Below, piece by piece: positions 19,456 through 29,382 of a stretch of DNA of 64,000 nucleotides. A program made the translations under genes and the position numbers. Location of the stretch: positions 1 through 64,000 of the forward strand of contig CBDCWP010000040.1 of NCBI GenBank assembly GCA_965223505.1, written 5' to 3'. The notes under the pieces are model-generated. The model ran no database searches. It saw nothing but the letters and a program-made list of their open reading frames with translations, and was not told the origin of the DNA. Source of the stretch: Planctomycetota bacterium (GTDB lineage Bacteria > Planctomycetota > PLA2 > JAEUHO01). The stretch's first letter is position 1, and every line of letters starts with the position of its first letter.

Positions 19456-21149
19456 CCGTCGATCGCCTCGATCGACGCGTCGACACGCTCCGTTACGTAC
19501 GTCCAGTGCGACCATCGCTTCCGCGCCGCGCGGAGGTCGGACAGCGCTCGCTTGGCTTCGAATCCGTAGTTCTCCAGCGAGCGCGCTGCGATCGTGATCG
19601 CTTGCCCGCCCATCTCCTCGTCTCGGAGCACCGCGATCAGTGCGTCGACGGCGTCCTTGGCATGCTCGGTCGTCGCGTACGTTCCGAGCGCTCGAATCGC
19701 GTCCATGCGACCCCAACGCGTGCGCTTCGGTCCATCGACCACGATGTCGAAGACGCGCTTGTCGGGATTCGCCGATCCATCGATCCCCGCAAGCGCACTC
19801 TGGTACACCGAGACTTCGTTGGGCTCGTCGAGCGCACGTAACAACGCCTCGGTCGTCTCCTTCGTCGGCTCCCGCAGCGAGCCCAGCACGCGAACGGCGT
19901 GGACGCGCAGCCAGCTGTCCTGATCGTGCAGCACACGCTTGTCGAGGGCGGGGAAGACGAGCGACGCCTTGGCCTTGAGGCGCGGCAGCAGCTCGAGCGC
20001 ACGTTGCGCCACAGCGAAATTCTCGTCCACGATCGGCACGAGCAACGCGGCCAGCCGATCCGAATCGCCCCCCTGCTCCATGAGCGCCGAGACGCCCTCG
20101 ACACGGGCGAACGGCCGTGCGAACTCGATGCGCTGCCAGAGCACCTCGCGTCCCTGGTCGCCGATCGACGCCAGGGCCTTGGCCGCGGCGGCGAACGGCG
20201 CGTCGAAGTCCTTGCTCTCGAAGATCGCCCGCAGCGCGCGCAGCACGCGTTCGTCTTCGGACTCCATGCGGCTGAGCGCGAAGATGGCGCCGGTGTGAAG
20301 CGTCGCGTCGTCCTCGGCCAGCACCGCGAGCACGGAACGCAGCATGGACTGGGCCGCCACGCCCGACTCGCCGATGTCCTCGAGGACGGTCTGGCGCAGA
20401 TCGGGGCCGCCGTCGACGAGCACGATGCGCCACGTTTCGAAGACGTCCTCGCTCGCCCCACCGACGGCGAAGAGGGCGTCGGCGGTCTTGCAGCGAAGCG
20501 CCGTGCGCTCGTTCGGATCGCGGGTCATCTTGTGCAGCCACGGCAGCGCGTCCTTCGCGGCGGGGCCGATGCCGCCCAACGCCTCGATCATGGCGTTGCG
20601 GACGTAGATGTCGCGCTCCTTGCCTTCGAGATGCGCGAGCAGCACGGGCACGGCGGGCGCCGCGACGTTCTTCATCTCACCGAGGACGATGGCGACACGC
20701 CGGCGTAGCTCTTCTTCGTCGTCCCCGAGGGCGTCGATGAGCGGTTGAACGGCCGGTTTGCCGATCGCCACGAGCGACCGTCGCACGGCCTCGATGTTCC
20801 AGCCGTTCTCCATGCGCTCGACATCGTGCTCTTCGCGCAACCGCTCGATGAGCACACCGACGAGCTCGGGCGACGCGCGTGCGAGCGCTGCGAGGCGTTC
20901 GACGACGGCGTCGACGCCGGCCGCCTTCGTCAATGCCAGGATCTCGCGTGCGTCGGTCAGCTCGGCGAGCGGGTCAGCGGCGTCCGTCGCGTCGTCCATG
21001 CGTCCGGTGAGGCCGGCGCGATGCACCTTGTCATCGCCGGCCCCCGGCGTGGCGCGATCTTCGGACTCACTCGACAGCAACAGAACGAACAGTCCGACCA
21101 CGAACAACAAGAGCAAGACGACGACCGGCTGAGCGATGCGCAATGTCAC
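19452..21149 (-). CDS. Membrane-anchored HEAT-repeat protein
   Basis: N-terminal TM, then repeats such as AVQPLIDALGDDEEELRRRVAIVLGEM and ALGGIGPAAKDALPWL. Confidence 0.85.
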   Translation of the reverse strand: MTLRIAQPVVVLLLLFVVGLFVLLLSSESEDRATPGAGDDKVHRAGLTGRMDDATDAADPLAELTDAREILALTKAAGVDAVVERLAALARASPELVGVLIERLREEHDVERMENGWNIEAVRRSLVAIGKPAVQPLIDALGDDEEELRRRVAIVLGEMKNVAAPAVPVLLAHLEGKERDIYVRNAMIEALGGIGPAAKDALPWLHKMTRDPNERTALRCKTADALFAVGGASEDVFETWRIVLVDGGPDLRQTVLEDIGESGVAAQSMLRSVLAVLAEDDATLHTGAIFALSRMESEDERVLRALRAIFESKDFDAPFAAAAKALASIGDQGREVLWQRIEFARPFARVEGVSALMEQGGDSDRLAALLVPIVDENFAVAQRALELLPRLKAKASLVFPALDKRVLHDQDSWLRVHAVRVLGSLREPTKETTEALLRALDEPNEVSVYQSALAGIDGSANPDKRVFDIVVDGPKRTRWGRMDAIRALGTYATTEHAKDAVDALIAVLRDEEMGGQAITIAARSLENYGFEAKRALSDLRAARKRWSHWTYVTERVDASIEAIDG

Positions 21150-22876
21150 TCCTTGACGATCTTGTCGATCGTGTGCCGGAGCGCATTCGCCTTCGGGTCG
21201 GCCGCGCCGCGGCGAAGCTTCCGAAGCTCCGGCAACAGGTCCTTGGCGGCCCGGCCCATCTCGCCGACCTCGTACAAGACGATGTAGAAGACGCGGTCGT
21301 GACCGTCCCGCAGGCCGCGCAACCAGAGATCCGTTTCGCCGGCGGCGTCATCGCCCAGCACACGACGCACGCCGCGGAACCCGACCACGCGCATCTGCCA
21401 GTCGGGCGACCGCACGGCCGCCAACACAGCGTCCCTGACGCGTTCGTCCGACGCGGCCCGCTGCTGCAGCCAGTGCAGCGCAAGCGACTTCACGGACGGC
21501 TTCGGGTCGTCCTGCAGTGCGAGAAGCGCGTCGATCAACGCGGGCGAGATGCCCTCGATCTCGTCGATGACACTCAGCGCGTCGGAACGCACGCCTTGAT
21601 CCGCGTGCGTGAAGCCGCGCTGGAGGACCGCCGCGTCGTCGAGCGTGGGCTCCAGTCGCGACAGCAGGACGTATGCGTTTCGAAGCGTCTTGACGTCTTC
21701 CGTTTCGAAGGCCGGCATGAGCAACGGTCGCAGCGCGGACGCTTCCGTCGAAAGTTCGCGGAGGATGCCCACGGCGTGCACGCGCGCGGGCGCGGCCCTG
21801 CCGTCCAAGCTCGCCATCAACGCGTTGCGCCCGTCGTCCCCCATGCGTCCCAGCGCGTACGCGGCGTCGCTGCGATACTGCCAGTCGAAACGCTCGGCGT
21901 CGTGGAAGACCTCGAGCAGCAGCGCGACGGCGTCGGGGTGCGCGGCGCCGATCGACGCAAGCGCTCGTACCCCCTGTTTGCTCAGCCGCTCGTCCTCGTC
22001 CTTGCGAACGACGGCGACGATCAAGGGGATCAGCGCCTTGCCGCGGCCCTTGTCCATCGAGAGCGTCTGCAGTAGATGCAGCTTGCCGGTGTACGAGTCG
22101 CCCTCGAACAACGTCTTTACCGTCGCGAGCGTCTCGCCGTCCGACTCCGCGATGCGAAGCAGGGCGTCGATGGCCGCGTGCTCGACGACCTCGTCGGCCT
22201 CGCCGCCCCGCACCAGCGTATGCAGCTGCGGCAACGCGTCGGATGCCGGCGGCCCGATGCCGCCCAGCCCGTTCACCAGCGCGGCACACTCGTACTTGCC
22301 CAGGTCGTTCACGCCGCAGCGCGCAACGAGCTCGGGAACGGCCGGGGCGCCGGCGGCGCCGAAGAACCCGATGCTCTGGGCGACGCGGATGCGCATCTCC
22401 TCGTCGGTGTCGTTCAGTGCGGCGACGAGCGCGTCCAGGGCCGGTCGCCCGACTGCGACGAGCGCGCGGCGCACGTTGAGCAAGGTCATGCCCGCTTTGG
22501 GCGGCCCGAGCGGGTCGCGCATCGGCGCTGCCCGCTCGCCGTCCCGTTCCGGACGCAGCCAGCCGATCAGCTGCTGCACGTACGCGGGATCGTCCGCGGC
22601 CAGCGCGGCGATGCGTTTCGCGGCCGGATGGTCTCTCTCTTGCGTGAGCGACGTCACCAGCGCGCGCAGATCCGTTTCGTCGCCGAGCTTCTCGGCAGGG
22701 ACGTTCGCACGCTCGGGTGCGCCCTTCAGATGCGCCCGCTCCTCGTCGATGCCGGAGGACTCGGGCTGCCCCGACTCCTGCGTCGGCGGAATGGCGAAGT
22801 CGAACAGATCGACGGCAAACCACCCGAGCAGCGCGACGAAGATCAGCGCCAGCGTCAGGCGTGTTCGCTGTCCCAC
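21146..22876 (-). CDS. Membrane-anchored HEAT-repeat protein (paralog of the neighbour)
   Basis: N-terminal TM, VRRALVAVGRPALDALVAALNDTDEEMRIRVA, GLGGIGPPASDALPQL. Stop overlaps the next start. Confidence 0.85.
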   Translation of the reverse strand: MGQRTRLTLALIFVALLGWFAVDLFDFAIPPTQESGQPESSGIDEERAHLKGAPERANVPAEKLGDETDLRALVTSLTQERDHPAAKRIAALAADDPAYVQQLIGWLRPERDGERAAPMRDPLGPPKAGMTLLNVRRALVAVGRPALDALVAALNDTDEEMRIRVAQSIGFFGAAGAPAVPELVARCGVNDLGKYECAALVNGLGGIGPPASDALPQLHTLVRGGEADEVVEHAAIDALLRIAESDGETLATVKTLFEGDSYTGKLHLLQTLSMDKGRGKALIPLIVAVVRKDEDERLSKQGVRALASIGAAHPDAVALLLEVFHDAERFDWQYRSDAAYALGRMGDDGRNALMASLDGRAAPARVHAVGILRELSTEASALRPLLMPAFETEDVKTLRNAYVLLSRLEPTLDDAAVLQRGFTHADQGVRSDALSVIDEIEGISPALIDALLALQDDPKPSVKSLALHWLQQRAASDERVRDAVLAAVRSPDWQMRVVGFRGVRRVLGDDAAGETDLWLRGLRDGHDRVFYIVLYEVGEMGRAAKDLLPELRKLRRGAADPKANALRHTIDKIVKE

Positions 22877-22889
22877 CCCGAACCTCCGA

Positions 22890-23846
22890 TCAGACCGGCA
22901 CCTCGAGCGTCTCGAGCAGATCGGAGAGGATCTTCTCGCGCTCGTCGCTCATGCCGTCGCCGCCCGGCGCGGCGCCCAACACGCGGTGGGCGAGCACGGG
23001 GACGGCGAGGGCCTTGACGTCATCCGGAATGACGAAGTCGCGCCCGGCGATGAAGGCGAACGCCTGCGATGCGCGCGTCAACGCGATGTTGCCGCGCGGG
23101 CTCGCGCCGAGCGTCAGGTGCTTGCTGCCGCGGGTCGCGCGCGCGATCGAGAGGATGTAGTCGAGGATCGACTCGTCGACCCGCACCGCGCGCGAGAACT
23201 TGCGCAGGAGCTGGACGTCGCCCGCGCTCAAGACGGGCTGGAGATCCTGGATCGGATGGCGCGATTGCTGGGCGCGCACCACGGCCTTCTCGTCGGCCGG
23301 CGACGGATAGCCGATGCGCACGCGCAACATGAATCGGTCGAGCTGGCTCTCGGGCAGCGGGTAGGTGCCCTCGAACTCGTAGGGGTTTTGCGTCGCGATG
23401 ACGAAGAACGGCGTGGGCAGGTCGTGCGTCTTGCGGTCGACCGTGACCTGGAAGTCGTTCATCGCCTCGAGGAGCGCCGACTGCGTGCGCGGCGTCGCGC
23501 GGTTGATCTCGTCGGCGACGAGCACGTTCGTGAAGATCGGCCCGGGCTTGAACTCGAATTCCCCGGTGTTCTGCGCGTAGATCGCGACGCCGACGATGTC
23601 GCTCGGGAGCAGGTCCGGCGTGAACTGGACGCGTCGGAAGTCGGCCTTCATCGAGAGGGCCAGGCTCTTCGCCAAGACGGTCTTGCCCACGCCCGGCACG
23701 TCCTCGAGCAGCACGTGACCGCCCGCCAGCAGGCCGGTGAGGACGAGACGAACGACGTCGGGCTTGCCGAGGAACACGCTCTTGACGTTCTCCTCGAGCG
23801 CCTTGACGAGCTCGCGCTCGCGCGAAACCGCCTGCGGTTCGGTCAT
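22890..23846 (-). CDS. moxR: MoxR-family AAA+ ATPase
   Basis: GHVLLEDVPGVGKT, RVQFTPDLLPSD, ADEINRATPRTQSALLEAM, ATQNP, GTYPLPESQLDRF, GASPR. Confidence 0.95.
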   Translation of the reverse strand: MTEPQAVSRERELVKALEENVKSVFLGKPDVVRLVLTGLLAGGHVLLEDVPGVGKTVLAKSLALSMKADFRRVQFTPDLLPSDIVGVAIYAQNTGEFEFKPGPIFTNVLVADEINRATPRTQSALLEAMNDFQVTVDRKTHDLPTPFFVIATQNPYEFEGTYPLPESQLDRFMLRVRIGYPSPADEKAVVRAQQSRHPIQDLQPVLSAGDVQLLRKFSRAVRVDESILDYILSIARATRGSKHLTLGASPRGNIALTRASQAFAFIAGRDFVIPDDVKALAVPVLAHRVLGAAPGGDGMSDEREKILSDLLETLEVPV

Positions 23847-23850
23847 CGAA

Positions 23851-24618
23851 TCACTCCGCTGCGAGCTTGGCTGCGACCTCTTCGGAGACGTCGAGGTTGG
23901 TCGTGACGGTCTGCACGTCGTCGTTGTCTTCCAACAAGGTCTGAATGCGCATGACCTGACGCGCCACCTTCTCGTCCGCCTCGATCGTGTTGCTGGGGAT
24001 CATGGCGAACTCGGCGCGGCGGGTCTCGATGCCGGCATCCGCAAGGGCCTTCTTCACGTCCTCGAAGGCACCGGCGTCGCAGGTGATCTCGAAGTAGGCG
24101 TCGTCCGTGCCTGCGTCTTCCGAGACGATGTCTTCGGCGCCGGCTTCGAGCGTCACCTCGAAGAGCTGCTCCTCCGACGCGTTGGCGGCGGGCACCTCGA
24201 AGATCCCCTTGCGCTCGAACAGATAGGCGACCGAGCCCGTCGCCCCCATCGAGCCGCCGTTCTTGTCGAAGATCGTGCGGATCTCGGAGCTGGTGCGGTT
24301 GCGGTTGTCGGTGAGCGTCTCGACGAGGAGTGCCACGCCGCCCGGGCCGTAGCCTTCGTAAGTCAGGTCGGTGAAGTCCTCGCCGCCGGCGGCGCCGCTG
24401 GCGCGGTCGATGGCGCGTTTGATGGTGTCCTTGGGCATGTTCGCCGCGCGGGCTTTGTCGCAGGCGAGGGAGAGGCGCGGATTGTCGCGTTCGTTGGGTC
24501 CCCCCTGCTTGACGGCGGCCATGATGAGCTTCGAGATCTTGGAGAAGGTCTTGCCGCGCTTGGCGTCGGCGCGGCCCTTTTTGTGCATGATGTTGGCGAA
24601 GTGGCTGTGGCCTGCCAT
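23851..24618 (-). CDS. yebC: YebC/PmpR family protein
   Basis: MAGHSHFANIMHKK, NMPKDTI, YEGYGPGG, TDNRNRT, GSVAYLFERKG. Confidence 0.95.
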   Translation of the reverse strand: MAGHSHFANIMHKKGRADAKRGKTFSKISKLIMAAVKQGGPNERDNPRLSLACDKARAANMPKDTIKRAIDRASGAAGGEDFTDLTYEGYGPGGVALLVETLTDNRNRTSSEIRTIFDKNGGSMGATGSVAYLFERKGIFEVPAANASEEQLFEVTLEAGAEDIVSEDAGTDDAYFEITCDAGAFEDVKKALADAGIETRRAEFAMIPSNTIEADEKVARQVMRIQTLLEDNDDVQTVTTNLDVSEEVAAKLAAE

Positions 24619-24757
24619 GGAGGTCTCCCGAAGGTCTCGGATCAGTGTACCCGCGTCGCCTCATGCAGCACTTGCAACGAAGCACTGCAACGCGGGTTCA
24701 GTCACGCGACCCATCCACCCCGAAACGGCATGCGAGCGCGGGCGGTTATCCGTTCAA

Positions 24758-24970
24758 ACCGTCCCAAAACGCCGAGCGAGCGCGGCGAGACCGAAGTGAG
24801 GCGTAGGCGATGGGAGGTGGGTCACCGGAGGCGTACGGAAGTACGTCGAGGATGGCCCACCGAGCCGCAGCGAGAGGATCGTCGTGCGCAGCCGGCGTTT
24901 TTCGAGGATGGGCCGCGGAGCAGCGCCCAGCCGCAGCGAGAGGATCGTCGTGCGCAGCCGGCGTTCCTAG
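24758..24970. repeat. Second copy of the MITE-like family, with a 37-bp partial duplication
   Basis: Imperfect inverted ends (AAAACGCCG at 24766 / CGGCGTTTTT at 24893). Exact 37-bp direct repeat at 24863-24899 and 24929-24965. Three blocks match 301-482 in reverse complement. Confidence 0.65.
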
Positions 24971-25365
24971 CGTTTCGAGAACTGGAAGCGAGCCCGCGCC
25001 CCCCTCTGTCCGTACTTCTTGCGCTCCTTGACGCGCGCGTCGCGGGTCAGGAAGTGCGAGTCACGCAGCTTCTCTTCGAGGGCGTCGTCGGCCTTGACGA
25101 GCGCGCGGGAGAGCCCGTGGCGCACGGCGTCGGCTTGGCCCTGGGGGCCGCCGCCCTTGACGTTGACGAAGACGTCGTAGGTGCTCTCGGTCTCGGTCAG
25201 GGTGAGCGGCGAACGCACCGCAAGACGGGTCGCGTCGCTCACGAAGTAGTCGCGCCACTCGCGCTTGTTGACCATCATCACGCCTTCGCCGGGGCAGATG
25301 CGAACGCGAGCGATCGCCTTCTTGCGACGACCGGTGCCCCAGATGTACGTCTTGTTCTTGGCCAT
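24967..25365 (-). CDS. rpsI: 30S ribosomal protein S9
   Basis: GTGRRKKAIARV, GGGPQGQADAVRHG, LTRDARVKERKKYG, ARARFQFSKR. Confidence 0.98.
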   Translation of the reverse strand: MAKNKTYIWGTGRRKKAIARVRICPGEGVMMVNKREWRDYFVSDATRLAVRSPLTLTETESTYDVFVNVKGGGPQGQADAVRHGLSRALVKADDALEEKLRDSHFLTRDARVKERKKYGQRGARARFQFSKR

Positions 25366-25372
25366 CGTTTCC

Positions 25373-25831
25373 CTAGCCCTCCTTCTTGCGGCCGGTCCCG
25401 AAGGAAAGGGGTTCCGGCTTCTGGGCGTGATGATCGTGTTCGGCGCCCGGGAAGACCTTGAGCTTCTTGAGCATGTGACGCCCCAGCGTGGTCTTCGGGA
25501 GCATGCGGCGCACGGCGAGACGAATGATCTCCTCCGGCTTCCGCTCGTTCATGGTGGCGTAGCTCTCCTCGACGAGTCCACCGGGGTAGCCGGTGTGGCG
25601 TCGGTACACCTTGTCTTCCGCCTTGCGGCCGGTGACCTGCACGTCTTTCGCATTGATGACGACGATGAAGTCGCCGGTGTCGGCGTGGGGCGTGTAGATG
25701 GGCTTGTGCTTGCCCATGAGCATCTTGGCGATCTCCGTCGACATGCGGCCCAGGATCTCCTGGGACGCGTCGACGACGTACCACCGGGCGTTGGCCCGGT
25801 CGGTGCTCGTGACGGTGGTCTTCTGCTGCAT
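25373..25831 (-). CDS. rplM: 50S ribosomal protein L13
   Basis: WYVVDA...LGRM...LMGKHKPIYTPHADTGDFIVVINA...HTGYPGGL...AVRRMLPK. Start MQQKT at 25831. Confidence 0.98.
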   Translation of the reverse strand: MQQKTTVTSTDRANARWYVVDASQEILGRMSTEIAKMLMGKHKPIYTPHADTGDFIVVINAKDVQVTGRKAEDKVYRRHTGYPGGLVEESYATMNERKPEEIIRLAVRRMLPKTTLGRHMLKKLKVFPGAEHDHHAQKPEPLSFGTGRKKEG

Positions 25832-26001
25832 GGAATCGGGTTCCAACGGATCCCCGCGGCGATGGTCGCGTTTGGGGCTCGTTCGGGCGGGCAAAGGGAA
25901 CGAGGGTACGTAGCGGAAGGAGGGGGTCAAGCCGGGGTGGGCGCCCGAAAAACGGGGCTCCAAGGCGGGAGACGGAACACGGCGGCGGTTGGGGGGGCGT
26001 C

Positions 26002-27633
26002 CTAGGGGGCTCGATACAGCAGCGTGTACGCCCCCACCGGCCCCGCGTCGCCCACACGCACCGACAGCTGCGGAACGCGCCCGTACCGCAGGCGCTTCGG
26101 ATCGACCTCTCCGGTGAGGAAGCCGCGCGTGAAGCCGCCGAATCGATAGGGCTCGTCGTCCAGCGCCGGTCCGGGGCTGGTCGTCTCGCGGACCGCCCAG
26201 GCGGCCCCGTTCGGCCCGATCGCCACCGTCCCGTCCGCGAGGAGCCGGCCGCCCAGCAGACGCACGAATCCGCCCCCGCTGAAGCGCACCGGCCCTCGGA
26301 AGCCTGCCGGGCCGGCGGCGATGTGGACGGCCTCGATCCGCCGTCCGTGCTTGCCGCCCAGGTCGATCAACAGACCCTCGACCGCCGGTCCGGCGGAGGT
26401 CGGCGTGATCCAGGCGACCCCGGCGCCCGCCGCGAACGACAGGAGCAGCGTTCCGAGCAGGATCCGCGTGTCGCCGCGAAGCAGCCAGCCGAACGCGAGC
26501 AGGGCGAGCGCGTACGCGGCCAGCAACCAGCCCGCGGGCCTGCGCGAGTCCGGATCGTCGCGCCAGCGCGGGAACGCGTCCGGCGCGACAGGCGCGAGCA
26601 ACGTGCGATCGAAGACGGTGAAGACCGGGCGCACCCAGAGGTCGTCGCGCAGCAGCTCGAACACCATGTCGGAGGACACCGCGCGGACGACGCGGCCGAG
26701 CCCGAGCCGACGCATACCCGCGACGCCCTCGCGCTCGCCGTGACCCGCTTGGCGCAGGCGCGCATCGAGCAAGGGGGGCCACGCGTCACCGAGCGGAGGG
26801 CCGATCAGCAGTCCGCCGCGACGCACGAAGTGGCTGACCGCGAGCGAACGCGCCGCCGCGTCGGTCTCGTCCCACGCTTCGGTCTTCACGTAGATCGCGT
26901 CGAACGCGTCGAGGTCGAGCGCGTCGCGGAACGCGAACTCCGAACCGTGCACGATCGTCACGCCGTCGAAGCGCCACGACGGATCCACCCCCGGCCCGCC
27001 GTCCAAGGCGAGCAGGACCGGTCCCCGCAGCGGCAGCCGTCCTTCGGCCGCGGGCACCCACCACGGTCCCTTTCCTTCGGCGAGGTACGGAGGGCGTGCC
27101 GCCCGCGTCGGCGCGAGCGGCCGCAGACCGATCGGCCCCGAGGACACGGGCGGCGCTTCTCGAGACGCACTGGCGGTCGGCTCGAGCAGCGGATTGAGCT
27201 CGCGCGGAAGCACGTCCAGACCGGCGCCGGCGAGGACCACCCCACCGCCGACCAACGACGCGACGAGCGCGGCCGTCACGAAGCGCACACGCGGTGGGAA
27301 GACGGACAGCGCCATCGCGACGACGGCGATCGACCAGACGGCGGCGCCCGGCAGGGTCCACACCGCGTCGGCCCGCGGCGTCGAGAGCACCACGAACGCG
27401 AAGAACGGCAGCGAAGCCAGGGTGAACGTGATCGGTCGCAGGATGACACCGAGCCCCCGTCCGGATCCCGACGGCGCCACGCAGAGCAGGAACAGCGCGA
27501 AGATCCCGACGCCGAGCACGAGCGCGCCCTGGGGGTCGTCGGGCAACAGGCCGCCCAGCTCGAGGCCGGCGGACGGCAGCGCGACCACGGCGAGCAGGCA
27601 GGCGAGCAGCGGTGCGGCGAGGTCGCGAGTCAT
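26002..27633 (-). CDS. Hypothetical multi-pass membrane protein with large soluble domains
   Basis: Start MTRDLAAPLL at 27633, about five N-terminal TM segments, a soluble domain, then two more TM segments. Confidence 0.6.
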   Translation of the reverse strand: MTRDLAAPLLACLLAVVALPSAGLELGGLLPDDPQGALVLGVGIFALFLLCVAPSGSGRGLGVILRPITFTLASLPFFAFVVLSTPRADAVWTLPGAAVWSIAVVAMALSVFPPRVRFVTAALVASLVGGGVVLAGAGLDVLPRELNPLLEPTASASREAPPVSSGPIGLRPLAPTRAARPPYLAEGKGPWWVPAAEGRLPLRGPVLLALDGGPGVDPSWRFDGVTIVHGSEFAFRDALDLDAFDAIYVKTEAWDETDAAARSLAVSHFVRRGGLLIGPPLGDAWPPLLDARLRQAGHGEREGVAGMRRLGLGRVVRAVSSDMVFELLRDDLWVRPVFTVFDRTLLAPVAPDAFPRWRDDPDSRRPAGWLLAAYALALLAFGWLLRGDTRILLGTLLLSFAAGAGVAWITPTSAGPAVEGLLIDLGGKHGRRIEAVHIAAGPAGFRGPVRFSGGGFVRLLGGRLLADGTVAIGPNGAAWAVRETTSPGPALDDEPYRFGGFTRGFLTGEVDPKRLRYGRVPQLSVRVGDAGPVGAYTLLYRAP

Positions 27634-27676
27634 CGGGTGTCCGACACTACCCAACGAGACAAGGACGCCGGGGTTC

Positions 27677-28591
27677 CTACTCTGTCTGTTTCCACCGGAC
27701 ATCGAGCCGGCGCGGAACACGCCGGGCGATGATCTGCTCCTCGAGTCGCTCGAGCTTCGTTCGGTAGGTGTCCTCGAACGGAACGTTCTCGAGATCGCGC
27801 TCGGTGCGGCCCCACTGGACCTCGATGGTGCGCGGCTTCTGGCCGGGGCGAACCGGCTCCAACCGAATCGTGAACGCGACTTCGCCGAGGTGGCGGTTGC
27901 CACCTCGGGACGGGAAGCGCGAGACGTCGATCGTCCGCACGACGACGCGGCCCTTGAGGTCGCGGTACAGCCGCGCGGCGACGCGCGCCGCCTCGACGGC
28001 CTCCTGCACCTGCTCGAGCCGGTCCTCCCACGCAACGCCCCAGCGCTCGGGCATCCGCGATCGGATGCCGACGACCTCCGGCAAGGCGTGCGGGATGCCG
28101 CGCAAGTACGACTTGTACGGATCGTGCGGCAACAAGCAGTGATCCGAGGTCAGCAGACGCTCGCCGACGCGGGCAACGGGCACGCGCATCACCGGCTGTA
28201 CGACGACCCGTTTCGGGAAGATCACGCGCACCTCACGCACCTCGCGCACCATCGGGTGGCGTGCGACCAGGTCGCGAACGCGCCACTCCGCCTCCGGATC
28301 GAACACCGAGACGGACAGGTTCCGAAACGGCCGGTAGTTCGTCAGCCAGGGTCGCGTGTCGTCGTCGAGCCATCCCGGAAGATCGGCGAACTTCAACGAC
28401 GCCGCGTCGAGGCGGTAGCCGTCGATCTTGTATGCCTGCGCGCGTGCTTGCCGCATCACGACCGCGCCCGCGAGCGCGATCAACGCAACGGTGCCGACGC
28501 GCATGAGCACGCGGCCCAAGGGAGAGGCGAGTACGTCGCGCAAGCGCGCGACGTACCCGAGGTCGGATGCCGACTGTCCTCGACGCGCCAT
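27677..28591 (-). CDS. ftsQ: FtsQ/DivIB-like protein (single TM + POTRA-like domain)
   Basis: Basic N-tail, one TM, then SVFD...RHPMVREVREVRVIFPKRVVVQPVMRVPVARV, matching the FtsQ pattern 'pwV..v.v.r.fP..l.v...eR.PvA'. Ends RRLDVRW, like the FtsQ 'yiDlR' motif. Confidence 0.6.
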   Translation of the reverse strand: MARRGQSASDLGYVARLRDVLASPLGRVLMRVGTVALIALAGAVVMRQARAQAYKIDGYRLDAASLKFADLPGWLDDDTRPWLTNYRPFRNLSVSVFDPEAEWRVRDLVARHPMVREVREVRVIFPKRVVVQPVMRVPVARVGERLLTSDHCLLPHDPYKSYLRGIPHALPEVVGIRSRMPERWGVAWEDRLEQVQEAVEAARVAARLYRDLKGRVVVRTIDVSRFPSRGGNRHLGEVAFTIRLEPVRPGQKPRTIEVQWGRTERDLENVPFEDTYRTKLERLEEQIIARRVPRRLDVRWKQTE

Positions 28592-28737
28592 GCGTCTCCC
28601 CTCCGCAGACCGATCGCCCTGTCCGCGAACGGTTTGCAGACCATCAAATCGGTCTGCGATGCGCCGGCCTGTAACCCCGGGGCCAAATCCCCTAACGGAT
28701 TCGGGCGTTACCGTCGTGAACTCGTAGGGTTGAGGGC

Positions 28738-29382
28738 ATGCGGAGTCTTCTCTGGGGCGGGATCATCGGCGCGTCGCTCTGCGGCATCCTGGGGCCGACG
28801 TTCGTGACGTCGGCGGCGCAGCGACCGGAAGCGAACGAAGTGCGCGAGGCGCCGCCTCCCGACGTGCAGCGCGTCGGCCACTTCATCGAGCTCGAAGACG
28901 GACGGCGCTTGGCGCGGCTGGACGGCTGGTTGCGTCGCGGCGAACGCTATCGACTGACGATCGGCGCCACGGGGTCCGACGTCGAGCCGCTGCCGGGCTG
29001 GCGCGGCGTCGCCGGCGCGAACACGCTCACCGCGCAAGAGCTCGACGCCTTGCTGCGCGACGGCGCGCTCGCCGCGTACGTCGTTCGAAGAGACGGGTCG
29101 AATACCGAAGCGACGGTGCGCGCCGGCGCCCGCGAGCGCCTTCCGATCCGCAAGACGGGCGCCGACGGCCGCGTCGATTTTCGCGCGCGCACGGACGAGG
29201 CCCATGTGACGCGCATCGAGGTGGACACCGGCGTACTCGCGTTCGGGACATACACGCTCGAGATCGAAGCGCGGGGCGAGGTGCGACTGCGCAGCGAGTT
29301 TCGGCTCGGCGACGACGGCGGCGCGATCGTCACCTTCGAGACGACGGGCGGGCTTCACCGCATCGGAACGGAGCGACCGTGA
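28738..29382 (+). CDS. Hypothetical exported protein
   Basis: Hydrophobic N-terminus, beta-rich C-terminus, stop overlaps the next start (GTGA). Confidence 0.55.
   Translation: MRSLLWGGIIGASLCGILGPTFVTSAAQRPEANEVREAPPPDVQRVGHFIELEDGRRLARLDGWLRRGERYRLTIGATGSDVEPLPGWRGVAGANTLTAQELDALLRDGALAAYVVRRDGSNTEATVRAGARERLPIRKTGADGRVDFRARTDEAHVTRIEVDTGVLAFGTYTLEIEARGEVRLRSEFRLGDDGGAIVTFETTGGLHRIGTERP

Noticed and set aside
24863..24965. 37-bp repeat / 29-bp spacer resembling a minimal CRISPR array
   Set aside because: Only two units, the 'spacer' shares TCGAGGATGG with the sequence before the first unit, no cas genes are present, and the repeat is part of a dispersed MITE-like family.
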